A stretch of DNA of 63,651 nucleotides, filler included, from Vannella sp. (lineage: Eukaryota), in NCBI GenBank assembly GCA_023345925.1. It is 8 parts of 8 records of this genome, joined end to end, with 100 filler letters (N's around TTAATTAATTAA, not from the genome) between each part and the next. Parts side by side here need not be neighbours in the genome. Positions count along the whole stretch, not along the records: positions 1 to 11,105 come from JAJQQN010000315.1; 7 more parts are not named here. The stretch is one strand, 5' to 3'. The position numbers and the translations under genes were made by a program. The notes below the pieces were generated by a model. That model was not told the origin of the DNA. It ran no database searches and saw only the letters and a program-made list of their open reading frames with translations. This document shows positions 1-11,205 of this stretch, one piece after another. Position 1 is the stretch's first letter, and the number at the start of each line of letters is the position of its first letter.

Positions 1-270
1 TCCACAAAGGATATGCCGCCAAGATCCTCAAGCCATCCGTATCCTTCACACAAACCACAATCACTTCATGTGGCGGTCGTCCTGCCCTCTCTATCGGCCT
101 ACAGTCCATGAAAGCTCTCCTATCCTTCCTTCAAGACACAAACAAGTAAAGCATGCTGCCATTAGAAGCCAGAGAAGGCGGGGAAAGCTCATTCTTTCAT
201 GCGTCGAGGGCAGAAGCCAGCGGACAAGGCCAGCGCCCTGAAGGTGGCTTTGAAGGCGCAGGTTGGCGAG

Positions 271-3200
271 ATGGGAGGCCGCTTAGTAGAGGCTATGGCG
301 GGAGGGTCTAATGGAGTGTCCCGGGAGTTCTTCTTGCAGCTGCAAGCGGTGGGGAACGCCCAGAGTAAGGAGGAGGAGGACGCCTTGGTCCGTGAGGAAG
401 CAGTGCGGCTGAAGAAGCTTCTCTCTTCTTCACCACCGAAGGAGAAGATGAAGGAATACGTTCTGCGCCTTCTCTATTGTGAAATGCTGGGCTATGAGGT
501 CGAGTTTGGCTACGTTCATGCGCTTACTCTCACTCAGAGCTCCAATTTGCTCGAGAAGAAGGTGGGATACCTTGCAGTAGCTTACTTTCTACACAAAGAC
601 CACCCTTTGATGATCATGGTGGTCAACTCCTTCCGAAGGGACCTCGAAAGCGACAACTATTTGGTTGTTTGTGCTGCTTTGACCACGATGAGCAAGCTGC
701 TGACGACTGAGACCATTCAGACGGTAGTCACGATTGTTATCAAGCTTCTCACTCACCCCAAGTACGTTACAGCGTCCCCAATCATTCGAGTCTGACATTC
801 AGAAGAGAGCAAGTGCGTAAAAGAGCTGTCTGTGTTCTACACTCTTGCTGGAGACTTCAAGGGAGTAGTCTAGATGATGTAATGGATCAAGTGCGGAGGG
901 CGCTGTGCGATCGCAATCCCTCCGTTATGGTGGCGGCGCTGAACATGTTCGACGAGATGATCGATGTTCACGGTCGCGAGCGCCATTTGGATCTTATTTC
1001 CTCGTTCGTGTCGATTCTGAAGCAAGTTATTGATCGACGGCTACCCCAAGCGTACTCCTACCATCTAATTCCGGCTCCTTGGGTCCAAATTCAACTGCTT
1101 CAAATCCTCAGGAAGCTTGCCGCAGGAGATTCAAAGGCTTCACAGCATGTGTATGAAGTCCTAAAGTCGACTATGAAGGAAGGACAGTCAGGAACTGCTA
1201 TGGGGTATGCTATTCTCTATGAATGCGTCCGGACAGCTGCAGGAATCTATCCAGATGCAGGAACTCTCCAGCAAGCGGCCGCTTGCATCGCTAAATTCAT
1301 ATCTCAAGACAACCGCAACTTGCGTTGCGTTGGGTGCGTCAGAAAGTGCCTTTTGATAGCTCTAACTCACTTCCAACAGAGTAGCTGGATTGGCAGCCAT
1401 TGTCCAGGTGAATCCAGCGTTTGCTTCAGAGCACCAAATGGCAGTTGTCGAGTGTTTAGGAGATCCTGACGAGACCCTGCAACGAATCACTTTGGAGCTC
1501 CTGTTCACAATGACAACGGCGCGGAATGTCGTCGCCATCACCGAGAAGATGCTCAAGTAAGAGCTTCATAACTTGATGAAAAGCGTTCTCATTGGAGCTA
1601 AGAGCACTTCGCTGCTCTCAAGATCGTGTAGTGAAAGAGCAATTGGTCAAGAGAATAGCTGAAAGTGCCGAGCGGCACTCGCCCAACTTTGAGTGGTACG
1701 TGGAGACGTTGAAATCAGTGTTTTTCGTGGGAGGAGTCTTTGTAGATAGCAGTGTATTGGTGGGATTCTGCCGGGTCCTCACTGAAGGAACGGGGGAAGA
1801 CAGTTTAAAGGATAATCGGCTCCGAATTCATGCCATGAACGTGTTCCATGCAACTTTAAAGCATCCTGACTGTCCTGCAAAGGTGGTAGAGATAGCTTGT
1901 TGGATACTGGGCGAGTTTGCTCATCTCTCTCCCTCTTTGGACCTTTCTGAAGTAATAGTGGAGATCTGTTCGTTGCTGGAAACCTCCAATCTTGAGCAAG
2001 CTGACCGAAGCGTCATTATAACTGCCTTGTGGAAGCTTCTCGCTCGGGATTCTTCTCTTTCAGAGGATGTGAAAGAGATCTTGTTAGACCAAAGGCACTC
2101 CCGCTCTTTCAGTACCCAACAGATTGTGTATGATTCCCTCGCCCTTTTGGAAGATCCAGAGTTACTCTCGCTTTGCTTGTTCCCTGCTGGTGAACTCGGG
2201 AGCTTCAAAATGGACACGAAATTGACCTTCCTCGATGACTATGTTCAAGAAGCTCTTCGTTGTGGTTCTCTCCCTTACCGCTCTGCTCAGGAGCGATTTG
2301 AGACACCATTTAGTCTCGAATTGGAAACGCATTTGGGAGAAGAAGGGCTGAAGTGGGAAGACTACCCTCAAACTCTTCCCGACTATTCAAAGCCTTTGGT
2401 TCCATTACAATCACATCATTCCTCGTCAGATACAGCTCAGGACCAGGGAGACTCTATCCCTGCCTTGATTCCCGTCGCCTTGGGACGAAGAAAGCAGAGG
2501 AGTGTCTGGTCGGCCAAAGGCTTCTCTGGGGACCTCTCTAACGAGACAAAGATTGAAGACAGACCAGTTTACAGCAGCTTTACAACTGTTAGCAAATACT
2601 CTGCACCCAAGTCCTCCAGCAATAACTCAGCCGAAGTTGCGAAGTCCCAGAAAACATCCAGAAAGCCTTCTCGTCGAGCTAGAGAGGCCGCGCTGCTCTT
2701 TGGAACACCTACCGAGATAGTCCATGAACCTTTGCCTGTGTCTTTGGCTCCAGAATCTCCGAATCCCTCTCTGGAAGTGCCGATTGCTCGACTTGTCCGA
2801 AATACTGTTGGACCTTTCGTGTTCCTTGAAGGTGCCGGAATCACGCTTCCTGGAGGGGCCTTGCTTCCCCCAACAGCGCTTGAAGCTATTTCTAATTACC
2901 CAGTCACCCATTACCCCTCTCAGTATGTGTCCAGTGACTCGCACATTGCGGTATCGTACTTGATGGCCAAGAAGGTGAGTAGAATAGCTTGCCTTCCTCA
3001 CTCACTGCCTACTCACCCCCTTTCAAAGGAAACTTGTAATTCTATTGTTTTCTTATTCTCTTCATCTTCCTGTCCCAATGCACTTCTCAAAGGCACTCTC
3101 CACATTTCTCCTTCCCTTGAGTGTCAGATAGAAGGCGGCACTATTTCCCAGCAGGACTCTCTGATCGAACATACCATTAACTTAGTCAATGGAATGGTAA

Positions 3201-3736
3201 AATCGATCCCTCCTTTCTAACAAACCACTTCTCATCCTTTTGGTAGGCTGCCCTCGTATTGAACTGCTCCGTGAGAGTACTAGAAAGTCCTTTGGAGATC
3301 AAATTGGATCTACAGTATCAAACAAGCACTAATTCGACTCCCCATGATCTCAGTGCTTGCTTAACCCTCTCATTATTTGACTTTTTGAGGTGCGTTGGGA
3401 TTGAGTTTCTCTTTTCTCGCTAATGTCGGATCTAGGCCACTCACAATCTCACTTGGTGATTATTCTACACTATGGAAAGCCACTGGACCACTTCAGCGTG
3501 TGACAATCTCCCTTCACTTCTCCCAATCGGGAGACGTCCAACGCTATTTGTCCTCCATTCTGGGCATGCAAGTCATTCAGGCCATTGAATCCGAGACAGT
3601 ATGTGCAGCAACTGGCTTAGAAGAGAAATCAATCCTCTGTCATTGCAAGCAACTCCCAAACGCACTTCAACTCACGATGAAGTCCCCCAACTCGTCCCTA
3701 ATCGAAGCGCTCGCTCGCCAGCTCGCGTCAATCTAA
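271..3736 (+). CDS. AP4E1: AP-4 adaptor complex subunit epsilon (multi-exon)
   Basis: N-terminal SREFF..VGNAQSKEEED..KMKEYVLRLLYCEMLGYEVEFGYVHA..EKKVGYLA is typical of epsilon-adaptin. It is followed by the adaptin trunk (YHLIPAPWVQIQLLQIL, ACWILGEF), a disordered hinge and a C-terminal appendage. ORF breaks coincide with GT..CTRAC..AG introns. The start could be ATG 199, 271 or 295. Confidence 0.9.
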
Positions 3737-3795
3737 ACCTGCGTCTTCTATTCAGCCGGGCAGACAACACTGAGGGGGCACTGGAACGTCATTTA

Positions 3796-5681
3796 ATGGA
3801 AGGCGGGGACCTTTCGGTGCGCGTGTCCGTCACTCACGCCAGTTTGGTGAAGACTTTCAGCTTTCGCTCGGATGCCACTATCCGAGAAGCTCTGTTTGCA
3901 ACAGCACGGACGTTGACGGAGTCGGAAGCGTGCGAGGTGCTGGATGTTATCAACTTTAACTTCAAGTTTGAGCCGGGTCTGTTCACCTTCCCCACCCAGT
4001 CGTACGCCGTCTAATGGAGATGAAGCTATGCAGAAGTCTACTATCAAAGGCTCTGGCTTAGGGTTTGATCCTTCCGAAACCTTCTGGTTGAAGAAGATGA
4101 AGACTTTCGCCTCCTACAACTTTCCCAATAACGTCGTTCTCTGCTTCGAACGAGCTTCAGGTGAGTGTTCAGAGCTTCTCTCTTTCGTTCTCTATGTATC
4201 TTTTGCAGGGGAAACGCCAACTCTGCTCCTAACTTGACCTCAGACTTCAACTCGAAGGTAGCGGAGACTCGGGCGGCCTCGGAGAGGGACCAGAAGAGTA
4301 GTGGACTCAACCTTAGTGAAGAGAATGAGAAAGTCAAGTTCTTGAGTGAGTGAAAACGACCAAATAGTCCTCCTTGCACTCATCCTTACGGAACAGCCAA
4401 GGGGCGATTCACTCGAGACCAAGCTGCCAGGGAGATTGTTACCACAGAGAAGACCTACGTAGAGCAACTAAGGACACTGCTTGAAGAGTTTGTCAACCCA
4501 ACCAACCAAAAGTGTCTTATCGACGACGACGACTTGAAGATCATGTTCTCCAATGCCCGGCAGATCTACAAGGTCCACAGAACGATGCTGAAGGGAATGG
4601 AAGAGCGTATCGAGCATTGGTCTTCTGCCACAGAGCTGGGAGACTTGTTCATGCAGTTGGTGAGGAAAACTCATCCGGCTTTGTGTGATCGACCCTCACG
4701 ATCTTAAAGGAGCCTCATTTGAAGGTTTACGGAGATTACTGTCTTTCTTATGAGCGCAATGTAGCCAAGCTTGAGACTCTTTGCCGAGCCAGCCCTGAAT
4801 TACAAGCTTGGGTGAAGGTATTTTCTCTCTTCTGCTGTCGTGACCCTTCAATTGGACTGATACATTACAATAAGGAGTGTGAAGCCAAAGAGACTATGCC
4901 ACTGAATAACATAGGTGCCTATCTTATCGTCCCAGTGCAGAGAATCCCCCGTTATCGGCTACTTTTCGAAGTAAGAGCCTTCTGCCTGTAGAATGGGAGT
5001 GGCGCTCACTGTGAATATCCTTGCAGGCACTTCTTAAGCTCACTCCTGAGACTCACAGCGATTTTAAGGCTCTGGAATCAACGTTGCAGATTGTGAACAA
5101 GGTGGCCTCTTACGTGAATAACTACAAAGACCTCGAAGCAGATCTGTTAAATGCAGTGAAGCGTATCAGCGACTGGCCATCGAACGTACCCAAGATCATT
5201 CCTGGACGCCGGGTGGTACATGAAGGAGTCTTGCGCAAGTCCCAGGAACGGAGAGTCTTCCTCTTTAACGACATGATCATGTGTTGCGTTAATAGCAAAA
5301 AGGACAAGTTCGCATACAAAGCGCACATTGTGCTGGACGGTTCTACTTGGGTCCAAGATTTGGAGGATGGCAGTGAGTGGGCTTTTCTCCAAGATGGCCT
5401 CAACCACTAATCTAGAAACGCAGAGATGAAACACTCCTTCCAAATTGTTGCAGAGGACAAAACTCACACTTTCCAGTCTCTCAATGCAGCGGAGAAAACA
5501 AAATGGATGGAATCATTGTCCACTGTATTTGCTGAGCTGGCAGAGGCGTCACCGGACGCGGGTGAGTCTTCTTCGTTGAACCACTAAGTGGCACCTAATT
5601 CCATTGGGGACAGGAGAGAAATACGAGGTGAAACTGCAAAGTCGCAGCACCATTTGGAGAAAGATCAAGAAGGACGCATAA
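3796..5681 (+). CDS. RhoGEF (DH-PH) with N-terminal talin F0/ubiquitin-like domain (multi-exon)
   Basis: DH motifs AREIVTTEKTYVEQL, IMFSN, YLIVPVQRIPRYRLL and LKLTPETHSDF. PH motifs VHEGVL..RVFLFNDMI..EKTKWMESL. Spliced last exon ends in TAA at 5679-5681. Confidence 0.88.
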
Positions 5682-5757
5682 CTCTCGAAACGGCTCCAAA
5701 GGATTCTTCAATCAAATAACGATAAAAGTAAAACGATTAACACCAGAATGATAAAAA

Positions 5758-5830
5758 CGCCCACCGGGGGGCTCGAACCCCCGACCATACGGTTAAAAGC
5801 CGTACGCTCTACCAACTGAGCTAGACGGGC
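5758..5830 (-). tRNA. tRNA-Lys (anticodon UUU)
   Basis: The reverse complement GCCCGTCTAGCTCAGTTGGTAGAGCGTACGGCTTTTAACCGTATGGTCGGGGGTTCGAGCCCCCCGGTGGGCG folds as a 73-nt cloverleaf with anticodon loop CTTTTAA. A T5 Pol III terminator follows. Confidence 0.96.
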
Positions 5831-6267
5831 GCCAATTCCTACGTGAAAATTTCGTTTTGTACAGTTTTATAGGCTCTCAGCAACACTGAAGAAAACGAGC
5901 TTCTTTTTTCGGAAAACAACTTAGTTTGGACCAGGTTTGGCAGCGGCTTGTTTACACGTCGGGCACAAGACAGTTTTGGAAGTGCACTTTGAGAGAAATC
6001 GTGAGTGGTGGGGCTTTTCCCCTTGTTTTGGTCCTCGCTCATCCAAACAGTGAAAAAATGGAACCAGTCCAAATGCTTTTCCTGAGAGATGGAGGGCATC
6101 AGGACAAGCTCCGCAAGAGATGGAGGGCATACAAGCTACGCAAATACGAGTTCTGACCCTCTCTTGCCCTTCATGTGGATTTTCTCCCCTTCTCTGATGG
6201 AATCCCTGCAACCCGTTGATGATGTCATCATTTTCTTTCTATCCTTATTGTTTCATTGTTTGAGAGA

Positions 6268-7791
6268 ATGGAGTGGGACGCTGTGATTGTGGGAGGCGGA
6301 CTGTCAGGACTGAGGACGGCAACATTGTTGAACCGATTGGGGAAGACAGTTGCTGTCTTGGAGGCAAATGACCGAGTAGGAGGAAGAACAAAAGGCAAGA
6401 TGAGCGGACAAGGTGTACAGTATGATGTGGGTGGCCAGTGGATCGGCCCCACGCAGGACCGAATGTATCGCCTCTTACGCGAGTACAGCCTCTCTCACTT
6501 TCCACAGTTCACGGATGGTCTCCCTTATCAGCATCTGAATGGTTGTTTATATCGGTCCCGCACTGTGGACATTCCTGGCTCCATCCCGCTGCTCCAATTT
6601 CCGTTCTTGGGAGTAGCAGCTCTCTATCTCGACCATCTAGCGTGGCAGGTGCCTGTAGATGCCCCTTGGAAAGCCCCAAGAGCCGTGGAATGGGACTCTC
6701 ACACGGTGGAGAGCTGGATGCGGGGAAGCTGGTGGGCTCCCACTCAAGTTGTCAAAGACACCATTCGGCTGGTCAGCTGGGCTCTTTTCTGCACGGAACC
6801 TGCACGTATATCATTCCTCTGGTTTCTTTGGTTCATACACCAAGCCAATGGACTCATAATCTTATGTTCTACGGCGAATGGAGCTCAGCAGGACCGAATT
6901 CAAGGTGGAGCGGTGCAAGTAGCTCAGCGAATGGCTCTAGATCTGGGTGACAGTCTTCACCTTTCCTGTCCTGTGGCAGAGATTCAGCAAACAGATGATC
7001 TTTGCCAGGTTGTGACGGAGGACGGGCGCATCTTCTCTGCCAAACGGGTCATCTTGGCCATGGCACCGACACTCTCCGCTCGTATCCGCTTTACACCTGA
7101 ACTGCCTGTTTGCCGCGATGCTCTCACTCAAGGGCACATGATGGGACATGTCATTAAGGCCTTGGTATTCTACGAAAAGCCTTGGTGGAGGGAACGGGGA
7201 CTTTCCGGGGAAGGAGTGTCGGATGGTGCCATTCGTCTTACGTTTGATGCATCCTATCCTGAGAAGGATATTTGGGCTCTTGTCGGTTTCTACTTAGGAG
7301 ACTCGGCTTTGGAATGGTCTGACAGAACGGAAGAAGAGCGAAAGGAAGGAATTGTTGCTCATTTTGTTAGTGTCTTTGGATCTGACGCTGCCAAACCAAT
7401 AGGATACTTGGAGAATAACTGGTGCGCTGAGATATACAGTCGCGGTGCCTATATGTCAATTCCTGCACCCAATATTCTGACTCGGGTTGGTCCTGCTATT
7501 CGCGAACCCTTCGGTCGCATTCACTTTGCAGGGACAGAGACCTCCACAGAGTGGTCAGGATACATGGAAGGAGCCATAGCTGCCGCTGAACGAGTTACGG
7601 AGGAGATTTTGGAGCACCCCGCCGTTATCTCGGATTATGGAACGCGCGGTTTCAACCGCGGACTCCGGCAACCTGGACCACTGGATCTCTCTCTTGGTAA
7701 CAAGTTCTCTTGGACACACAGCACTTTGATCATTGCTACTCTAGCTGGCACCGCTGCTCTCCTGTACAAAGGAAAAGTGACATTCCACTAA
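6268..7791 (+). CDS. Flavin-containing monoamine oxidase-family protein with C-terminal membrane helix
   Basis: GGGLSGL dinucleotide motif, LEANDRVGGRT, DVGGQWIGPTQ, GRIHFAGTETSTEWSGYMEGAI, and a hydrophobic tail TLIIATLAGTAALLY. Single exon. Confidence 0.93.
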   Translation: MEWDAVIVGGGLSGLRTATLLNRLGKTVAVLEANDRVGGRTKGKMSGQGVQYDVGGQWIGPTQDRMYRLLREYSLSHFPQFTDGLPYQHLNGCLYRSRTVDIPGSIPLLQFPFLGVAALYLDHLAWQVPVDAPWKAPRAVEWDSHTVESWMRGSWWAPTQVVKDTIRLVSWALFCTEPARISFLWFLWFIHQANGLIILCSTANGAQQDRIQGGAVQVAQRMALDLGDSLHLSCPVAEIQQTDDLCQVVTEDGRIFSAKRVILAMAPTLSARIRFTPELPVCRDALTQGHMMGHVIKALVFYEKPWWRERGLSGEGVSDGAIRLTFDASYPEKDIWALVGFYLGDSALEWSDRTEEERKEGIVAHFVSVFGSDAAKPIGYLENNWCAEIYSRGAYMSIPAPNILTRVGPAIREPFGRIHFAGTETSTEWSGYMEGAIAAAERVTEEILEHPAVISDYGTRGFNRGLRQPGPLDLSLGNKFSWTHSTLIIATLAGTAALLYKGKVTFH

Positions 7792-7927
7792 CTTGAATTG
7801 ACTTTCGTCCAGAGTGGACTGGGCGAAGCCAGACTCTCCCATTTCCTCTCTTTTTTGAATATAAACCGTTGAAAGATTCTTTCTTTCCCGTTTGAGGCGA
7901 TTTGGAGCATTTCCCGAGGAAGAGGAA

Positions 7928-8122
7928 ATGTCATTCGTTGGTGGCCTGGTTCAAGGAGCGCTCATGGACTACTTTCTTGCCCTCCTCTATCTACTCATGG
8001 CTGCTATTGTGGTGAAGATCATCCACGGGAGTGTCACCAAGCAGTCTACCCACAGGACACCCAAGGAGATCGCTTCTGAGGTGAAGCAGAAGGTCAAGAG
8101 CAAGATCAAGAAGGCTGATTGA
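7928..8122 (+). CDS. Small (64 aa) single-pass membrane protein, unknown function
   Basis: ATG-initiated ORF with one hydrophobic helix (YFLALLYLLMAAIVVKII) and a Lys-rich tail. It fills an otherwise empty gap between genes. Confidence 0.55.
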   Translation: MSFVGGLVQGALMDYFLALLYLLMAAIVVKIIHGSVTKQSTHRTPKEIASEVKQKVKSKIKKAD

Positions 8123-8274
8123 TAAACACGCACACAGAGCCTTTCTATTGCTTCTTAACATCCACCTCTCCATGGAAGAGAGAGTTTCGCCCATTCGGTC
8201 ACTTCGCCACAGCGCAAACGAGGAAAGATTGGATCTCCAAGAGACCAGTGTCACCACGTTTCTCTCATACCACT

Positions 8275-11011
8275 CTATTTGGCCCTTTTAGGTTCTGGTG
8301 GCTTCGCCCACTCCTGATCTGAATAGAAGTGTACCAAAAGCGTAGTTTCTCTCCGAACGCGTCTTCCAACTGCGTTGCGGTTGGAAGTGATCCCACCAAG
8401 AGCACTCCTGTTCCCTTTGATGTCTCTCTTAAGAGCTACAAAGAAAACAATCTGTGGAATGAAGCTTTTAGGTGGTTTGAGGCTTAAGAAGAAGTGCCAC
8501 TTGCAAGAGCTTTTCCTCGCAAAGAATAGTTGCTCTTTGGGTGTCCAAAAGGGCTTGTAAAGTGAATGCATTCTCCGTGAGCGTCTCATTCAAAGTAGTG
8601 GAAGGACGATAAGAAAAGTCACTGGCAGAGTAGAAGATGCGAAGCGCTTGAGGTAATCGGACAATGACTTTTGGTGGTTTGAACTTTTGAACGGTTTGGT
8701 ACGGCAAATCGACCATTTTCAAGTGGTGGGTTGTCCGGAAATGATCGATGAGGAAGTTAGTGGAAAGCAGGGGATCTACAAACTCCATTTCTACTTCGGG
8801 TTGTGTGCGTCGGGGAAGACGGAGATAAGATTCGGCAAAGTGATGTAACAGCTTTTCTTCCTCTCCGAGAAGGGCGCAGCGAACCGAATGCTTCTTTACC
8901 ACTGCACCAGAGTCCTGTGCTTGGATGGAGTTTTGGAGAGATGCGAGCATAATGCTCGAGTAAAGCAACTGCAGTTCAGCAAACTGGTTACTGATGATCT
9001 CAAGGCGTGTCTGAAGCAGACTGACAGGCTCAAAACCATAAATAGGGCTTGTTCGACTTTGTCGGTCAACAACCAAGTTTGTTTTTCGGCCAATGTGCTG
9101 CGTGGCAGCGCCAACAATCATTCCAAAGACATCGTCTAAACGTCCCATTACTTCATTGCATACTTGCTTAAAGTGAAGCTCAATGCAACGCTCCAGTTCT
9201 TCTTCATAGCGAGGAGAAGTAGGATTCAACATTTCATCCGTATACCGCGGCATCTGTGACTGAGCCATGGCTATTCCCTCGATTGAGTGGAGCACAGGAA
9301 GTTTCAACTCTGGGAAGCAACCTAAAAGTTCATCAACCTGGGAACTACAAAGGAGCTTTCCAAACAGAAATCTCTCAGCAGTGAGTGTCAGCGGCTTATC
9401 AAACTCTTCGAAGATGCTCAGAAAGATGCCAGACGAAGACTCTGCACTTCGCTTGAATCCTGAAGTAAGACGTCGGATTCCTTTCTTGATTTTGCCGCCG
9501 GATCTTCGTTTGGACTGGGAGAGTGCGCTATGAAGTAGATTGCGTTGATTAACAAGGTGCTCGTGAAGAGCCAGCACGTAGGATTTTTTGCGGCTCCGGA
9601 TGACTTCCAAACCCTGCTCAAGAGCGTTAAGGTCGACTGGCTCTTCTGTGGACGAAAAGGTAGTTCCCATCTGCGTTTGGCTGCGTTGTATCTGCAATTG
9701 CTCTGACGTGCTTGTTAGCGCCTCAGAAACTCGGAGTAAACGGGCAGCTAAGTGCATTGTGAGCTGCGAAAGAAGCTGATTGAATCGTTTGACGATGAAG
9801 CGTGTGTCAATTCGATCGTAAATCTCATTCAGAAGAGACATTAACAAGGAGGCCTCCAATGAACAATCGCGCATAGCTTGAAGTCTCTTTTTCCGTTGCT
9901 TGCCGGCTACCATTCTCAGATAGCTGCTGAAAGGAATCAGTTCGTCTTCCTCTTCACTAGTTAGCTCTGCTTCAGAATCCTCTGAGGACTCAGAAGCGCA
10001 AGTGCTCCCTTCCTTATATCCTGGAGGAGTGAGGAAGCTCCCAACGTGTGACATGACCAAAGTATCCAGTCCCTTCTCAATATGCCGGCGTGTCCTCTTG
10101 TTGAAATGAGCGATTTGATACATATTGAGCAAGGAAATAGCAGGGAAGAATCTTTGATGAACAATCTGGCCCAGTCTTTGACGTTTTTCTTTGAGAATCC
10201 TGTCAATAGGAATGTTGTTCGTGGCGGTCAGAGCCTCGTCAAACTTTGTAATACAAACGACTCCATTTGGGCACCATTCTTCCAATGTGTGGATGTCATC
10301 AGAGATACTCCGGTCCATTTGCATGAAGGAAGTCAAGTAGATCCAGCCATGAAGGTTGCTATTCCGAAGGACTCTTTCAGTACGAATGTCACGCTGACCA
10401 CCTAAGAGATCTTCACCTTGCCCTGGAGTGTCCAAGATAGTAACTGATCGGAGAATAGGATGGTGAATAAAGAGCTTCACTTCTTTGATGAGGCGGCAAC
10501 GCATCGGAAAGCAGTTTGCCGCTGATTGGGACAAGAATTGGCAGAGAGACTGGTCGTTTTTTCGCTTGCTGAGTGAAGGATCGTTTTTCCAAGTGCAAGA
10601 GCCTTCCGGGAAGCTCTTGCAAATTCGATCATATTCCTTTGCAGCGTTGAGAAGATCAGATTCTACGCGCTCTTTACTCCTCTGAAGTCCCTTCCACTTC
10701 TCTTCACTAGACCAGTGGCTGTTAGGGCTATTTTGCTCCACAAGTAGGTCTTCTTTACAGAGATCCAGCTCTGATGTGAGTGTAGTAGCATCCATAACTC
10801 TCGACATCTCTGTTGATAGTGGGGATAACGTGTATGTTGCATGTGGTCCGCGCGGACTCTTAAAACTGAGTGCTGTGACCGACACACTTTCAGTGGTTTG
10901 GAGAAAGAACTTTACGGGGAACGTGCATCGCGTCGATTCCTCTTCGTCAGGATTCGTGGCCATCTTGAACTCTCCTTCAACATTATACGACGACCAGAGG
11001 ATTCCCTCCAC
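8275..11011 (-). CDS. Dynamin-like GTPase-fold protein, G1 P-loop not seen; 5' end uncertain
   Basis: 847-aa ORF with LIKEVKLFIHHPILRSVTILDTPG (G3) and VCITKFD (G4), followed by a helical stalk. A probable last exon reaches 8275 via an intron near 8465-8500. No GxxxxGKS in frame. Confidence 0.7.
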
Positions 11012-11105
11012 TTCTATTCTTGTGTTTGATGAGGCGGGGACTCAGCTTGGCAACTTTTCAGGAGCAAGCGTGTTTAATCGGGATGTTTGCATCGACGAGA
11101 TCACT
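10776..11105 (+). CDS. Fragment of a beta-propeller protein, antisense to the 5' part of the dynamin-like ORF; runs off the contig
   Basis: Blade-like repeats LDISVDSGDNVYVACG, VHRVDSSSSGFVAIL and ILVFDEAGTQLG..RDVCIDE. No clear ATG. Confidence 0.5.
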
Positions 11106-11205
11106 NNNNNNNNNNNNNNNNNNNNNNNNNNNNNNNNNNNNNNNNNNNNTTAATTAATTAANNNNNNNNNNNNNNNNNNNNNNNNNNNNNNNNNNNNNNN
11201 NNNNN
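11106..11205. other. Artificial contig linker (N44-TTAATTAATTAA-N44)
   Basis: Six-frame stop linker, identical at seven sites. Confidence 0.99.

Noticed and set aside
1..150. Possible 3' end of an upstream gene
   Set aside because: An open frame ends near 149 but is too short to assign or support.
271..5681. Pseudogenes, frameshifting or an alternative genetic code to explain fragmented ORFs
   Set aside because: Breaks coincide with short GT-AG introns with branch motifs, and long intronless genes translate cleanly in the standard code.
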